A stretch of DNA of 37,850 nt from a virus. The stretch lies in the UHGV virus genome UHGV-0195539, one strand, 5' to 3'. The notes below the pieces were generated by a model that had not been told where the DNA came from, did no database searches, and saw only the letters and a program-made list of their open reading frames with translations. Position numbers and translations under genes: made by a program. This document shows positions 9,420 to 18,338 of the stretch, piece by piece (the first letter of the stretch is position 1; every line of letters starts with the position of its first letter).

Positions 9420-10043
9420 TTACTCCTTGTCCGGTCTGATGGTTACTGTGATGCCTTCATAGGTGACTCCACCCGGGTGGATGTCACCACTGACTGACAG
9501 CGGGCTTGTCAGTTCTGCTGCCGGATATACCACGATGGTTTCCCCGGTCAGCGTGGCCCCGGTTATGCGGGATACACCCCGTGCAACGTAGGTCATTTTC
9601 ATGGCGGCAAGGTGTCGGCTTACCGGGCGAACGGTGGTAATCATTCGCTCCATCTCCTGCCGGGTTTCCTCTGTCAGTCCGCGCTCCGATATGTCAATAT
9701 CCAGCCTGAATGACCCCGGCGGATCGTTGTTCTCCCACCATTCTGTAATACTCAGTATCGCGCCGAAGGGCTCCACAGCCCGACGCATGGCGCTGATGGT
9801 GCCTTTGTGGCGGTGAATATGCCACGAGTCACGGATGATCTGACGACGTGCCTCTTCACTCCATGTTTCATCCCAGCGGTCAACGGAAAGCGCCCAGGCA
9901 AGCCATGGCAGCAGATGGGCTGGGCAGGTGTCGGGGTTCCAGAGGGTGTTGATATGGATCGGCAGCTCTGACAGGCGCTGAGCGCCCTGTTCCGAATGAT
10001 GCAGGAAGGAGGGCGATGATGGCGGCAGCAGTCGGTTATTCAT
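9420..10043 (-). CDS. I: baseplate/tail protein I
   Basis: LWNPDTCPAHLLPWLAWALSVDRWDE and ITEWWENNDPPGSFRLDI match P2 gpI; ATG with AGGTGG SD. Confidence 0.85.
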   Translation of the reverse strand: MNNRLLPPSSPSFLHHSEQGAQRLSELPIHINTLWNPDTCPAHLLPWLAWALSVDRWDETWSEEARRQIIRDSWHIHRHKGTISAMRRAVEPFGAILSITEWWENNDPPGSFRLDIDISERGLTEETRQEMERMITTVRPVSRHLAAMKMTYVARGVSRITGATLTGETIVVYPAAELTSPLSVSGDIHPGGVTYEGITVTIRPDKE

Positions 10044-10932
10044 CGGTGCCACCTGCAGAGATGTTCCGGGATGTGCAGCGGGCTGACTGGGTGTTACTGA
10101 TCACCACATTCTGCGCTGGTTTCTTCAGCTCGACTCGCTGAACGCCCGGTACGTGTAGCGTTGCCATAATGGCAGAGCGGGCCACATCACGCCCTATGGC
10201 ATTCTGAGTCTTCAGCCATGTGTCAAGTGCATCTCTGGCGGCGGCAAGAATGGGTTCAGATTCCGGGCCAGGATAAAAATAGAGTACGGCCTCAATATCG
10301 TAACTGACGATGGTCGCACTCTGTACCGTGAGTCTGTCGGCCAGGGGGCGCACAGTTTCATCATTGAGAGCCCGGCTGACGGTCGCGATTAATTCCGGTG
10401 ACGCTGTGCCGTCTCCTTCCGTTGAGAGAATGGAGACAATGACCGTCGCAGGTGACGGACTGGTTGCCCGTGCATCGGCAACAAGACCGCTGGCACTGCG
10501 GGCAAAATATTCATATGCAGCAGAGGGGCCTGCGACGCTGAAACCTTCAAATCCGGATTGTGCCCGCAGACGGAACGCGCTGTCGCTCTCCATGATGGCA
10601 GCTTCTGTATCAGTAGCAGGTTTCAGTTCAAGGCGTTTCGCATTCACGATAGCGGCGAGATTATCCAGGTCTGTGGATACGGCATGGCTGAGCATGCACC
10701 CCGCCGCTGCATCGTTGATCCGCTGACGGAGCAGCATTTCGCGAAAGGCGATGGCCTGAGCAATGATGTTGAGTGGCTCTGATTCCAGCGCAATGGCTGC
10801 GCTGACGGCACTGCGCATGTTTTCAGGGAAGGCATCAATCATAAAGGCCTTCACGTCTTTCAGTATGCTCTCATAATCCAGTGATTCAATGATCTGCGGA
10901 CGTGGTAACTGAGACAGGTCAATTGTCGGCAT
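10036..10932 (-). CDS. J: baseplate assembly protein J
   Basis: MPTIDLSQLP, SVAG, VSILS, RPLADRVTVQSA, LYFYPGPESEPI, LHVPGVQRVEL match P2 gpJ. Confidence 0.9.
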   Translation of the reverse strand: MPTIDLSQLPRPQIIESLDYESILKDVKAFMIDAFPENMRSAVSAAIALESEPLNIIAQAIAFREMLLRQRINDAAAGCMLSHAVSTDLDNLAAIVNAKRLELKPATDTEAAIMESDSAFRLRAQSGFEGFSVAGPSAAYEYFARSASGLVADARATSPSPATVIVSILSTEGDGTASPELIATVSRALNDETVRPLADRLTVQSATIVSYDIEAVLYFYPGPESEPILAAARDALDTWLKTQNAIGRDVARSAIMATLHVPGVQRVELKKPAQNVVISNTQSARCTSRNISAGGTDE

Positions 10933-11284
10933 TACTCCCCCTCAGCGGAATGCTCATCTGTACGGGCTGCATTGTGCGGGTGAGCACGCCTGAGATGGCC
11001 AGCAGAGCGCGTCCGTCAGGCAGCCAGGCGATATCCACCCGGTTAATGGCGATCCGGGGCTCCCACTGTGCGAGCGCCATAACCACCGCGCTCATGCACT
11101 GCAGACGCGTCACGTCGTTTTGTGGCGCATCGAGCAGTTCAGGTAACAGGCTGCCATACTCTCTTCGCATGATGCGACTGCCGCGCGGGGTGGTCAGAAT
11201 ATTGTTTACAGAGTGGCGGAGGTGTTCTGTGTCACTGATGCATCCGCTACCATGCGGGTTCATGCCTGTGCATACCGGTGTCAT
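10919..11284 (-). CDS. W: baseplate assembly protein W (GPW/gp25 family)
   Basis: GMN, ILTTPRGSRIMRREYGSLL, QWEPRI match P2 gpW; ATGA overlap with the V stop. Confidence 0.85.
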   Translation of the reverse strand: MTPVCTGMNPHGSGCISDTEHLRHSVNNILTTPRGSRIMRREYGSLLPELLDAPQNDVTRLQCMSAVVMALAQWEPRIAINRVDIAWLPDGRALLAISGVLTRTMQPVQMSIPLRGSNADN

Positions 11285-11877
11285 TTCGGCCCCCCTGTCA
11301 TGCTTCCGCCGGACTGAACACCGTTATGAACGTGCGTATGCACGGTAACACCATTTGAGCGTAAGTTTCCGTTACTGTGTGTGATATCCCCTTTCATGGT
11401 GCCACCGTCAGTCAGTTCAAACGTCCTGGCCTTCAGATGTTTTGTGCACTCTACGGCCGGTGTGTCCAGGGTAATACGTGTTTCCGCAGAGATCTCTGCG
11501 GTTTTGATTCCTTTCACCGTCAGCGCGCCTTTTTCTGCGTCATAGCGTATCTCGGCACCGTCAGGTGCAAGGAGTATCACTTCATTCTGTTTTGTGCCGG
11601 GCGCCGGGTGTTCTTCGCTGTAGAGACTGCCAGCCACAACGGCCATTTCAGGACTGCCGCCCGGGCAGAGCAACAGCACCTGTTCACCGGGGGAGGGGGG
11701 CAGCCAGATTTTAAACGCCCCGGCGCGTGTGCAGTTCCAGCGGAGCCAGTCCGTTGTCAGTCCGCCGCTGGTAGCGCGAATGCGCCAGTTTTTCAGATCC
11801 ACCTCCGAAACGACGCCGGTGCGGACCATGTTTTCCAGCAGTCGCATGATTTCAGCATTCAACGGGTGTTTCTCCAC
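11281..11877 (-). CDS. V: baseplate spike/assembly protein V
   Basis: NMVRTG, TDWL, GEQVLLL, RITLDTP, GGTMKG, SNG, HTH matches to P2 gpV; start may be GTG at 11877 or ATG at 11847. Confidence 0.8.
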   Translation of the reverse strand: MEKHPLNAEIMRLLENMVRTGVVSEVDLKNWRIRATSGGLTTDWLRWNCTRAGAFKIWLPPSPGEQVLLLCPGGSPEMAVVAGSLYSEEHPAPGTKQNEVILLAPDGAEIRYDAEKGALTVKGIKTAEISAETRITLDTPAVECTKHLKARTFELTDGGTMKGDITHSNGNLRSNGVTVHTHVHNGVQSGGSMTGGPK

Positions 11878-12503
11878 AGGTTGTTGATAATGATTTCCGT
11901 CACTTTCTGTCTGTCGGCTTCACTGAATCCCAGCAGTTCGCGTTGCGGATAGCGGACGGCATTACCGGCAGAGACCAGTGACACTTCGCCGAACTGATGA
12001 ACGCGGGCAATGCGGGCTGCGCGGCCTTCAAATCCCACGCTGACGCCGCCGGGATCGGTTTTTACCTTCAGAAAGCGGTTTGTCCGAAGCTGCTCAAACA
12101 TGGGTGGACGCTTAATGGCGCTCTGCGTTCGCCTGCGGGTGTCAATTTCCAGGTATTCTTCAATATCGGCTTTGTGGAACGAGCGTATTCCCCGGCGCTC
12201 CGTGTCGTAACCGGTGATCATGGGGCCGTACCGGCCGGTTGTTGTCCGCCAGTTTTTCAGTCGTCTCACCTGAGTGCCGTTCCAGATGAACACCACACCT
12301 GCCTGGACACGGAATACACGTTTTTTACGGGCGGGCCACCGGTTACCGTCCGGTGATTGTTGCGAACGTATACGCTTTTGTTGCGCGGCGCGGACAGCCT
12401 GACCGACAGCACGTGCTGTTTTGTTTATACCGGCAGCGGACAGACCACTGAGGATCTCCTGAAAGAGACCGTCCAGTCTGTGCAGGTCATCCGGAGCCAT
12501 CAT
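11859..12503 (-). CDS. S: tail completion / virion morphogenesis protein S
   Basis: Position between R and V; ARIARVHQFGE-type C-terminal motif typical of virion morphogenesis proteins; internal Met chosen, start uncertain. Confidence 0.65.
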   Translation of the reverse strand: MMAPDDLHRLDGLFQEILSGLSAAGINKTARAVGQAVRAAQQKRIRSQQSPDGNRWPARKKRVFRVQAGVVFIWNGTQVRRLKNWRTTTGRYGPMITGYDTERRGIRSFHKADIEEYLEIDTRRRTQSAIKRPPMFEQLRTNRFLKVKTDPGGVSVGFEGRAARIARVHQFGEVSLVSAGNAVRYPQRELLGFSEADRQKVTEIIINNLWRNTR

Positions 12504-12954
12504 TCTGACCCCATGTGACATCTTCGAGGGTGACGCGCCATGCTTCCAGGGCCCGGCTGACAGGCGGCTCTCCGATGTGTTCTGCGTGAACAGTGCCATC
12601 ATCATTACGGCGGATAATCACCCGCTCCCATACCGGGATTTCCAGCAGGATATCGGTGCTGTCGTCGTCATTGATGGCAACAGAAAATTTGATATCCCTG
12701 TTTTTCTCCGGATTAAGCAGGAGATCAGGCTGATTGCGGTACAGCCAGCGCATCAGCGGCACCATCAGTTCATCGAGATCCTGCGTGAAGTCCATGACAA
12801 AGATCCCAAGCGTGTAACGGTAAAGATATGAGGGGGATTCGCCGGTCGTCTCAATGCCTCCGTTATTCACATACACAGTGAATTTCTCCGGGTTGGCGCG
12901 ACACCATGGGCAGGCGTCAGTCATGGCGTCGCGCAGGGTGTTAATTTTCAGCAT
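12487..12954 (-). CDS. R: tail completion protein R
   Basis: 155-aa ORF with MLK...LR...TDA start, NGG and RNQPDL resembling P2 gpR; AGGAGGGGG SD. Confidence 0.8.
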   Translation of the reverse strand: MLKINTLRDAMTDACPWCRANPEKFTVYVNNGGIETTGESPSYLYRYTLGIFVMDFTQDLDELMVPLMRWLYRNQPDLLLNPEKNRDIKFSVAINDDDSTDILLEIPVWERVIIRRNDDGTVHAEHIGEPPVSRALEAWRVTLEDVTWGQNDGSG

Positions 12955-12969
12955 GCCCCCTCCTGTGTG

Positions 12970-13143
12970 TTATGGCATGTTCTGGTTGTTCTGTTGTGCA
13001 GACTTCTGACTGATTTTTTCAGCGGCGCGCTCGTCAATTTTTCGCTGAAAATAATTTCTGATAACACTGTAACCGCCGCTGATCAGATACAGCGCGCAGA
13101 CGGCAGTACATAAATACAGCATGATCTGATGAATGAATAACAT
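12970..13143 (-). CDS. hypothetical small single-pass membrane protein
   Basis: 57-aa product from internal ATG with GAGGTG SD; one hydrophobic helix followed by a charged tail. No P2 counterpart at this position. Confidence 0.4.
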   Translation of the reverse strand: MLFIHQIMLYLCTAVCALYLISGGYSVIRNYFQRKIDERAAEKISQKSAQQNNQNMP

Positions 13144-13289
13144 AATCACCTCACACAAATGATTGACATAACGATGTCTGGCGTTTTAAAAAAAATGAAT
13201 AACAATAATAAACACTCTCCATAATTCCTCTTGCGCTCCCGTCAGGTATCTTTTCCTCTCAGTCTTGCCTGCCGGGAGCCTCTTTTTTC

Positions 13290-15335
13290 TTATGCGGCGT
13301 TGCTGTTATTGATATCCACCGTCACATACTCAATCAGCACGGGGTAGGTGTCCTTGTTACTGGTGATATCCGTGATCAGCAGTTTGTCGTTATCCAGTCC
13401 TGCCGCCGGGCATTTCGCCAGATTAAAGGCCGCCTGGGTCTGACCGTTGATGACCGGTGTCACGCTGATGCTGTTATTTCCGGCAAACCGGAACACCACG
13501 TTGTGCCAGTTATGATTAAATGCCCCGAAGGTTCCCAGTTTTGCATTCTGTTGTTTGTGCTGCATCAGATTCAGGTTTGCGCTGTCGCTCTGGATGAAGA
13601 AGGCGGCCAGCATATCGTTTCCTGCGCTGCCTTCCAGAACAACGTTTTCAGGTAGCTGAGAAACCGGCCAGTGCAGAGCCATGGCGAAGCGGTTTTCTGC
13701 CAGCTGAACACCTTCCGGGATTTTGAAACGAAAGGCAATTTCCCCGCCTTTCTGAAGTAATTCAGCTGCTTTACTTGCAGGCACATCGTGGGCGATTTTC
13801 CAGGCTGTTTGTTGCCCCTGGACTTTTTCCACTCGCATGGCTTTACCGCTCTGAGCAGCAGAGTCATTTACGACGGAGGCTTTTCCATCTGCCCCTGTCC
13901 AGCCCTGTTCTTTCAGTTTCCCTTCCTGTGCGTCTGCGCGATAAGCGACGGCCGTTGTTCTTGCCGGTGATGACTGCGTACCTGCGCCCGGCTGAGGTGC
14001 AGGTGTGTAGGGCTGCGGGCTTTCCGTGGTGGTGCTGTCTGAACCGGCCGTGGCGGGAGGTACTGCGACCACGCTGAACGGTGCGGGTGCACCTTTCAGG
14101 AAGGCGACGGTCTTCCCGGCATGCATCAGGATCGCCGTTGCCAGGCGGTCAGAAATAATGCCGCGGCGGGCCCATGAACTGAAATGCGTGGCGCGATCTG
14201 AAGAGGTCCAGTTTCCGTTACTACGGGATGCAGCACCGTAATAACCGGCTTCTGCCAGGTCAGGATCTTCGGCAGGCAGGTTTGTTGGCGTGTTAGCACC
14301 TTTCTCATCGGTCATCAGGGGCACAAAATAAATTTTTTGCGCTTCTTTGTTCTGATATGCACCGTAAACCACCGGGTACTGAGAGGTATATTGTTGTTTC
14401 CAGATATAGGTGGTATCGCCGCAAATCCAGGGAACAAGTGATGCGTTGCCTCCGGTGCACTGTGCAGCATATGCGCTGAGATCGGCGCGGAACTGATTCA
14501 CCATGTTCAGGAATAATTGCGGGTGCTGTGCGTATGTTGCTGATTTCAGATCAAACTCTCCCAGCATCCAGACCACGGATAACAGGACGTTTTTGGGGTT
14601 TTTATCCAGCGCGGCTTTTGTACGGGTAAGCAGATCGTTATACAGCGGTTTGCCGACGCCCCACAGGGATGATTCGGCCGTTGCTCCTGAAGATTCACTG
14701 AATGCCCCCTCAGCGCCGGAAGTAAGCGCTGACCCTCCACGACAGCAAGGTACCAGGAGGATCCCTGCATTTTTCGGGATAAACGCCAGTAATTTTTTGG
14801 CAATATGTAAACCCTGTCCGACGCAGCCATACTGACCTTTTGACAGATCGGCGTTCGGATGATTAAGGCTGCTCATATCCTGTACATCATGGAGACAGTG
14901 ATCTGCCGGAATAATATCGTTATAGGTACATGCAGCGCCGCCCGGTGTTACCGTACTGCGACGCGCTAACTGTTTAATTCGTGGATCAGGACTGTCGAAT
15001 GTATCGGGTAATGGCAGCCCCTCACCGTATGCCATGCCATTGGACTGACCAGCCAGTGGCACCACATAATAAAACTCTGGCTCAGTTGTGTGTCCAGTGT
15101 CGTATCCGTCGGTAGTGCCCGGTACGGGGTTTTCCTCGCCTTTTGGTACCGGAATGGCTGATGGCAGGTCTCTGTCAGTGACCAGTGCCTGCATCAGGTA
15201 AAATGGTGCTCCCGGCTCTGATGCTGAGACAGGTCCCCCAAGAAGTCCCCATCCTTCCCTGAGCATGGGCGCAAGTTTTTCGGCAAGTTCCTTGTTCGTC
15301 ATTGCCGTCACAAGCTGATAATGTTTCGGTACCAT
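13290..15335 (-). CDS. NanS-p-like sialate O-acetylesterase (SASA/SGNH-type esterase domain) with N- and C-terminal extensions
   Basis: GQSNG motif (PLAGQSNGMAYGEG) characteristic of SASA 9-O-acetylesterases; N-terminal YQLVTAMT...GW region resembles the DUF1737 domain of Stx-phage NanS-p. Start moved to second Met for GGAG SD. Confidence 0.7.
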   Translation of the reverse strand: MVPKHYQLVTAMTNKELAEKLAPMLREGWGLLGGPVSASEPGAPFYLMQALVTDRDLPSAIPVPKGEENPVPGTTDGYDTGHTTEPEFYYVVPLAGQSNGMAYGEGLPLPDTFDSPDPRIKQLARRSTVTPGGAACTYNDIIPADHCLHDVQDMSSLNHPNADLSKGQYGCVGQGLHIAKKLLAFIPKNAGILLVPCCRGGSALTSGAEGAFSESSGATAESSLWGVGKPLYNDLLTRTKAALDKNPKNVLLSVVWMLGEFDLKSATYAQHPQLFLNMVNQFRADLSAYAAQCTGGNASLVPWICGDTTYIWKQQYTSQYPVVYGAYQNKEAQKIYFVPLMTDEKGANTPTNLPAEDPDLAEAGYYGAASRSNGNWTSSDRATHFSSWARRGIISDRLATAILMHAGKTVAFLKGAPAPFSVVAVPPATAGSDSTTTESPQPYTPAPQPGAGTQSSPARTTAVAYRADAQEGKLKEQGWTGADGKASVVNDSAAQSGKAMRVEKVQGQQTAWKIAHDVPASKAAELLQKGGEIAFRFKIPEGVQLAENRFAMALHWPVSQLPENVVLEGSAGNDMLAAFFIQSDSANLNLMQHKQQNAKLGTFGAFNHNWHNVVFRFAGNNSISVTPVINGQTQAAFNLAKCPAAGLDNDKLLITDITSNKDTYPVLIEYVTVDINNSNAA

Positions 15336-15345
15336 AGTGACTCCG

Positions 15346-15621
15346 TTATTTTTCATGAGTGTTCATTCGTGCTGTCCGCTGCCGCTCCAGCCCGGCAATG
15401 GCGGCTTTATCGGCATTACAACTGTCCAGGGCATCTACCAGTCGGTCTCCCCAGTCAGCCACATCAGCCCATATCATGTGTTGCGGCAGCACCGGTACCG
15501 GTGTCTGTCTGGTCAGACTTTCCGGCACGCTCCCGCAAATGACGCCGGTTTTCAGCGGCGCTGGCGTGTTGTTGCAGGCTGTCAGCAACATCAGCAGGGG
15601 GAGAAGTGCGTGCGCACTCAT
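15346..15621 (-). CDS. o-spanin (Rz1/LysC-like outer-membrane lipoprotein)
   Basis: Signal peptide with lipobox LTAC (MSAHALLPLLMLLTAC); reading frame overlaps the 3' end of the i-spanin gene and extends past it. Confidence 0.6.
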   Translation of the reverse strand: MSAHALLPLLMLLTACNNTPAPLKTGVICGSVPESLTRQTPVPVLPQHMIWADVADWGDRLVDALDSCNADKAAIAGLERQRTARMNTHEK

Positions 15622-15889
15622 CCGCCTGTAAGTTTTTCCGCATCGTTTCACGTCGTTCTTCCCCTCTGGCTGCACGCTCCTGATCTTCGCGCCGGATAGC
15701 GGCCAGCGCTGACTGTGTCTCCGCCGTGGCCTTAAGCAACTCCCGGACGGTCGTATTGCTCTCTTTCACGGCTTTTTCCAGCGCTTCATAACGGGTGCTC
15801 TCCTGACCTGAGCGATAGGCCCGGATGACCACCATTGCCTGCAGCGAAATGGTCAGCAGCAGCGCACAAAGGATAATGTTCAGTTTCAT
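15464..15889 (-). CDS. i-spanin (Rz/LysB-like)
   Basis: N-terminal transmembrane helix then charged coiled-coil region; ATGA overlap with the endolysin stop. Confidence 0.7.
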   Translation of the reverse strand: MKLNIILCALLLTISLQAMVVIRAYRSGQESTRYEALEKAVKESNTTVRELLKATAETQSALAAIRREDQERAARGEERRETMRKNLQADECARTSPPADVADSLQQHASAAENRRHLRERAGKSDQTDTGTGAAATHDMG

Positions 15890-16437
15890 GGCTGCGCTCC
15901 CGCGTCTTTCAGGCACCAGTTCTTAAAATCATTCCGGCGGTTAACCAGTCCCTGCGTGCGCGTTCCGCCACTGTTCACAAAATCTGTCAGCCGGTAACAC
16001 ATGAGGCGCCATTGCCGTGTCTGCGCGTGTTTCCAGATGGTGGTGCGTTGCGGCGTGCCGTTTTTGTTTTTAAACCACATCAGATTCCGGCAGCCCAGGT
16101 TAAAGGCGGCGTCCGTCATGGCTTCGAATGCAGACTGCGGCATCTGCTGCCCCCTGAAATTCTGTGTGATGCAGTTCTCAGCGCGGCGCATATCGTTGAT
16201 CCACCGCCCGGCCACTTCCTCCTGTGTGTACAGGCGGTTTTCCACGTTACCGGTGGATCCGCATCCGACCGTACCGACCCCCACCAGATCACGGTAGGGT
16301 CGGGCCCGGCACTCCTCCCATGTGGCAATTTTGATTTGTGCCTCGCGGGAGGTTCTCAGTTCTCCGGGAGCCAGGGAGATCCCCAGCGCCACAATGGCGG
16401 CCACGGCGTAACGCTTAGGTCCGGCCATCGTGCTCAT
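15886..16437 (-). CDS. endolysin, T4-lysozyme-like (GH24), probable SAR type
   Basis: Catalytic-region motif TWEECRARPYRD...GVGTVGCG (Glu/Asp/Thr triad pattern); Ala/Gly-rich weakly hydrophobic N-terminus (AVAAIVALGISLAPG) typical of a SAR anchor. Confidence 0.85.
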   Translation of the reverse strand: MSTMAGPKRYAVAAIVALGISLAPGELRTSREAQIKIATWEECRARPYRDLVGVGTVGCGSTGNVENRLYTQEEVAGRWINDMRRAENCITQNFRGQQMPQSAFEAMTDAAFNLGCRNLMWFKNKNGTPQRTTIWKHAQTRQWRLMCYRLTDFVNSGGTRTQGLVNRRNDFKNWCLKDAGAQP

Positions 16438-16699
16438 CCTGCTTCAGAAGCATCATTGCCCGGCGCTCTGCGTCGTTCAGCTCCCTTCCTTCTGACTGCA
16501 TAAGGATTTTTTCAATCAGTTCGTTGCGCCTTGCCTGGGCGATCTCCATCCTGCGGCGGTGAAGCCAGGCACGAAGCAGTGACAGCGTTCCCAGCACAAA
16601 ACCGGCCACGGCAATTTTTTCGCTCAGCGTCATCACGCCGATACCGGCTGTCGTCACTGACGCCCAGAACGTGATGTGATCACAAAGCCGCTGAAACAT
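16415..16699 (-). CDS. holin, two-TMD (pinholin-like)
   Basis: Two hydrophobic helices then a basic C-terminus; GGGGGTG SD; first gene of the lysis cassette upstream of the SAR endolysin. Confidence 0.65.
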   Translation of the reverse strand: MFQRLCDHITFWASVTTAGIGVMTLSEKIAVAGFVLGTLSLLRAWLHRRRMEIAQARRNELIEKILMQSEGRELNDAERRAMMLLKQDEHDGRT

Positions 16700-16701
16700 T
16701 C

Positions 16702-16902
16702 TCACCCCCACAACTGGATCATTTCACGCCGGGTCTGCCCCTGCAGCTCCGGCAGCTCCACTTCCTGTCCGGCATGCAGAAACATGACGGCTGAAATCCC
16801 CGGATTGGCGGCCAGTACCGCCTCAGTCACCCCCTGCGTGGTGCCGTAATGGCGCTGACAGAGTAAATCGACGGTGTCACCGTCCAGAGCCATTACTTTC
16901 AT
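16702..16902 (-). CDS. X: tail protein X (LysM-like)
   Basis: MKVMALDGDTVDLLCQRHYG...AANPG motif matches P2 gpX. Confidence 0.8.
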   Translation of the reverse strand: MKVMALDGDTVDLLCQRHYGTTQGVTEAVLAANPGISAVMFLHAGQEVELPELQGQTRREMIQLWG

Positions 16903-17396
16903 CAGACCAGCTCCGCATAAATGCGGGTGACACCGCGTATGTCTGATATTGCCCAGCGGGCATCCCGCCACAAATCCTCAACCTGCATGTCCAGCGCGTC
17001 AGCCCTGCGGTCGCCTTTATCGGTGGTATCCACATCCCGGGTGCGCTCCAGTACAAACGCGCGGGTGAGTGCGAAAACGGCCCTGCGGTAGCGGTGGACG
17101 TGTACACTCTCTCCGTTCACCTGCGTGGCCGGAACGTCAGCCAGTGAGGCCGCGCCTTCAGCCATCCGCTCACGTTTCCAGAGCTCCAGTTCGGCGATCA
17201 CATGGGCGACCGCTTCCGTTGCTGCATGTAACAGACGGGTTGTTGTTGTCCTCCCCGGAATGCGGGAAGCCAGGCGAATTTCATGCAGTGAGATCGCCGG
17301 CCAGAAGTCACCCGCGCTCACCATGGCGTCGCCGTCATCGGTGTCGGTGGTATCTGTGTCAGCGCTGTTCACGCGGGGTCTGGCTATCAGACTCAT
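16902..17396 (-). CDS. L: head completion/stabilization protein L
   Basis: 164-aa ORF between M and X with GGAGA SD. Confidence 0.75.
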   Translation of the reverse strand: MSLIARPRVNSADTDTTDTDDGDAMVSAGDFWPAISLHEIRLASRIPGRTTTTRLLHAATEAVAHVIAELELWKRERMAEGAASLADVPATQVNGESVHVHRYRRAVFALTRAFVLERTRDVDTTDKGDRRADALDMQVEDLWRDARWAISDIRGVTRIYAELV

Positions 17397-17500
17397 GCCT
17401 GTCTCCGTAAAAATCAGGCGGTGGGCAACCGGTAAAAAGAACGCGAAGCCTGTTCAGATCACCGGTTGCGCCGCCTGCCGACGAGGTGCGGTTCGTTAAA

Positions 17501-18298
17501 TCAGTTTGTTTTGCGCGCGGCTTTTTTCTGGCTGGCAGCGCTTTTCTTTTTTGCGCTGCTCTTTTTCCCGCCGGTGGTGGTTTTCCTGCCCGTTGTGGAT
17601 GCAGGCACTACCTGATTTCCGTCTGCCAGTTTCCTGACCGCGCGCTCCAGCGTGGCAATTTCACGCTTCACTCCCGAAGCCGGATTGATCCGCATGGCTT
17701 CACGTAACAGGCTCAGCGACAGACGCAGATCATCGGGAGAGGAGGAGGCGCGGCGGGAAAATGCGCGTGCCTTGTGCAGTTTTGACCTGACCTGGTCCGG
17801 CATATCCTGCTCACTGACCAGGTGGTTCAGCTCATCAAGCATGGCGGTGTACACAGACAAATCCGCCTCGCTGTCCGTTGTGGCCTGCGTCAGAACGGCG
17901 TCAGTAATCTCTTCAGCCAGTACCGTGGCGGCGTCACGGCCAAAGTTATCCGGCAGCGCCAGACCATGGCGGATCACGTACTCCCCGATACGCAGTGCCA
18001 GCGGGTAGTCACGGCAGTCAATGGCCCACACCATCATGGTGGTGATGACCTCATCCTGGCGTCCGCTGTCTCCTGCCAGGGTGCCTTCAATCCACCCTTC
18101 AAAGTCAGGCAACAGATGTTTTTTAAGCTCTGCCCTGGCGACGTTTGACTGAATACCCTTCAGCTGCATCTGTGCCAGCCTTAACTGGTGAAGGACCTGT
18201 TCATGTGCGGTTCTTTCCCGTTGTGTTTCCCGGGCGTTCATGGTCACCCGGTTGCGGGCCACCGCCTGTTGCACATAGCGTTGTGCCGGTGTCAGCAT
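17501..18298 (-). CDS. M: terminase endonuclease (small) subunit M
   Basis: N-terminus MLTPAQR and basic Lys-rich C-terminal tail resemble P2 gpM; AGGAG SD. Confidence 0.85.
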   Translation of the reverse strand: MLTPAQRYVQQAVARNRVTMNARETQRERTAHEQVLHQLRLAQMQLKGIQSNVARAELKKHLLPDFEGWIEGTLAGDSGRQDEVITTMMVWAIDCRDYPLALRIGEYVIRHGLALPDNFGRDAATVLAEEITDAVLTQATTDSEADLSVYTAMLDELNHLVSEQDMPDQVRSKLHKARAFSRRASSSPDDLRLSLSLLREAMRINPASGVKREIATLERAVRKLADGNQVVPASTTGRKTTTGGKKSSAKKKSAASQKKAARKTN

Positions 18299-18338
18299 TT
18301 CTCAGCTCCTGTTAACGGGCGCGGCGCGCCCGTCCGGG

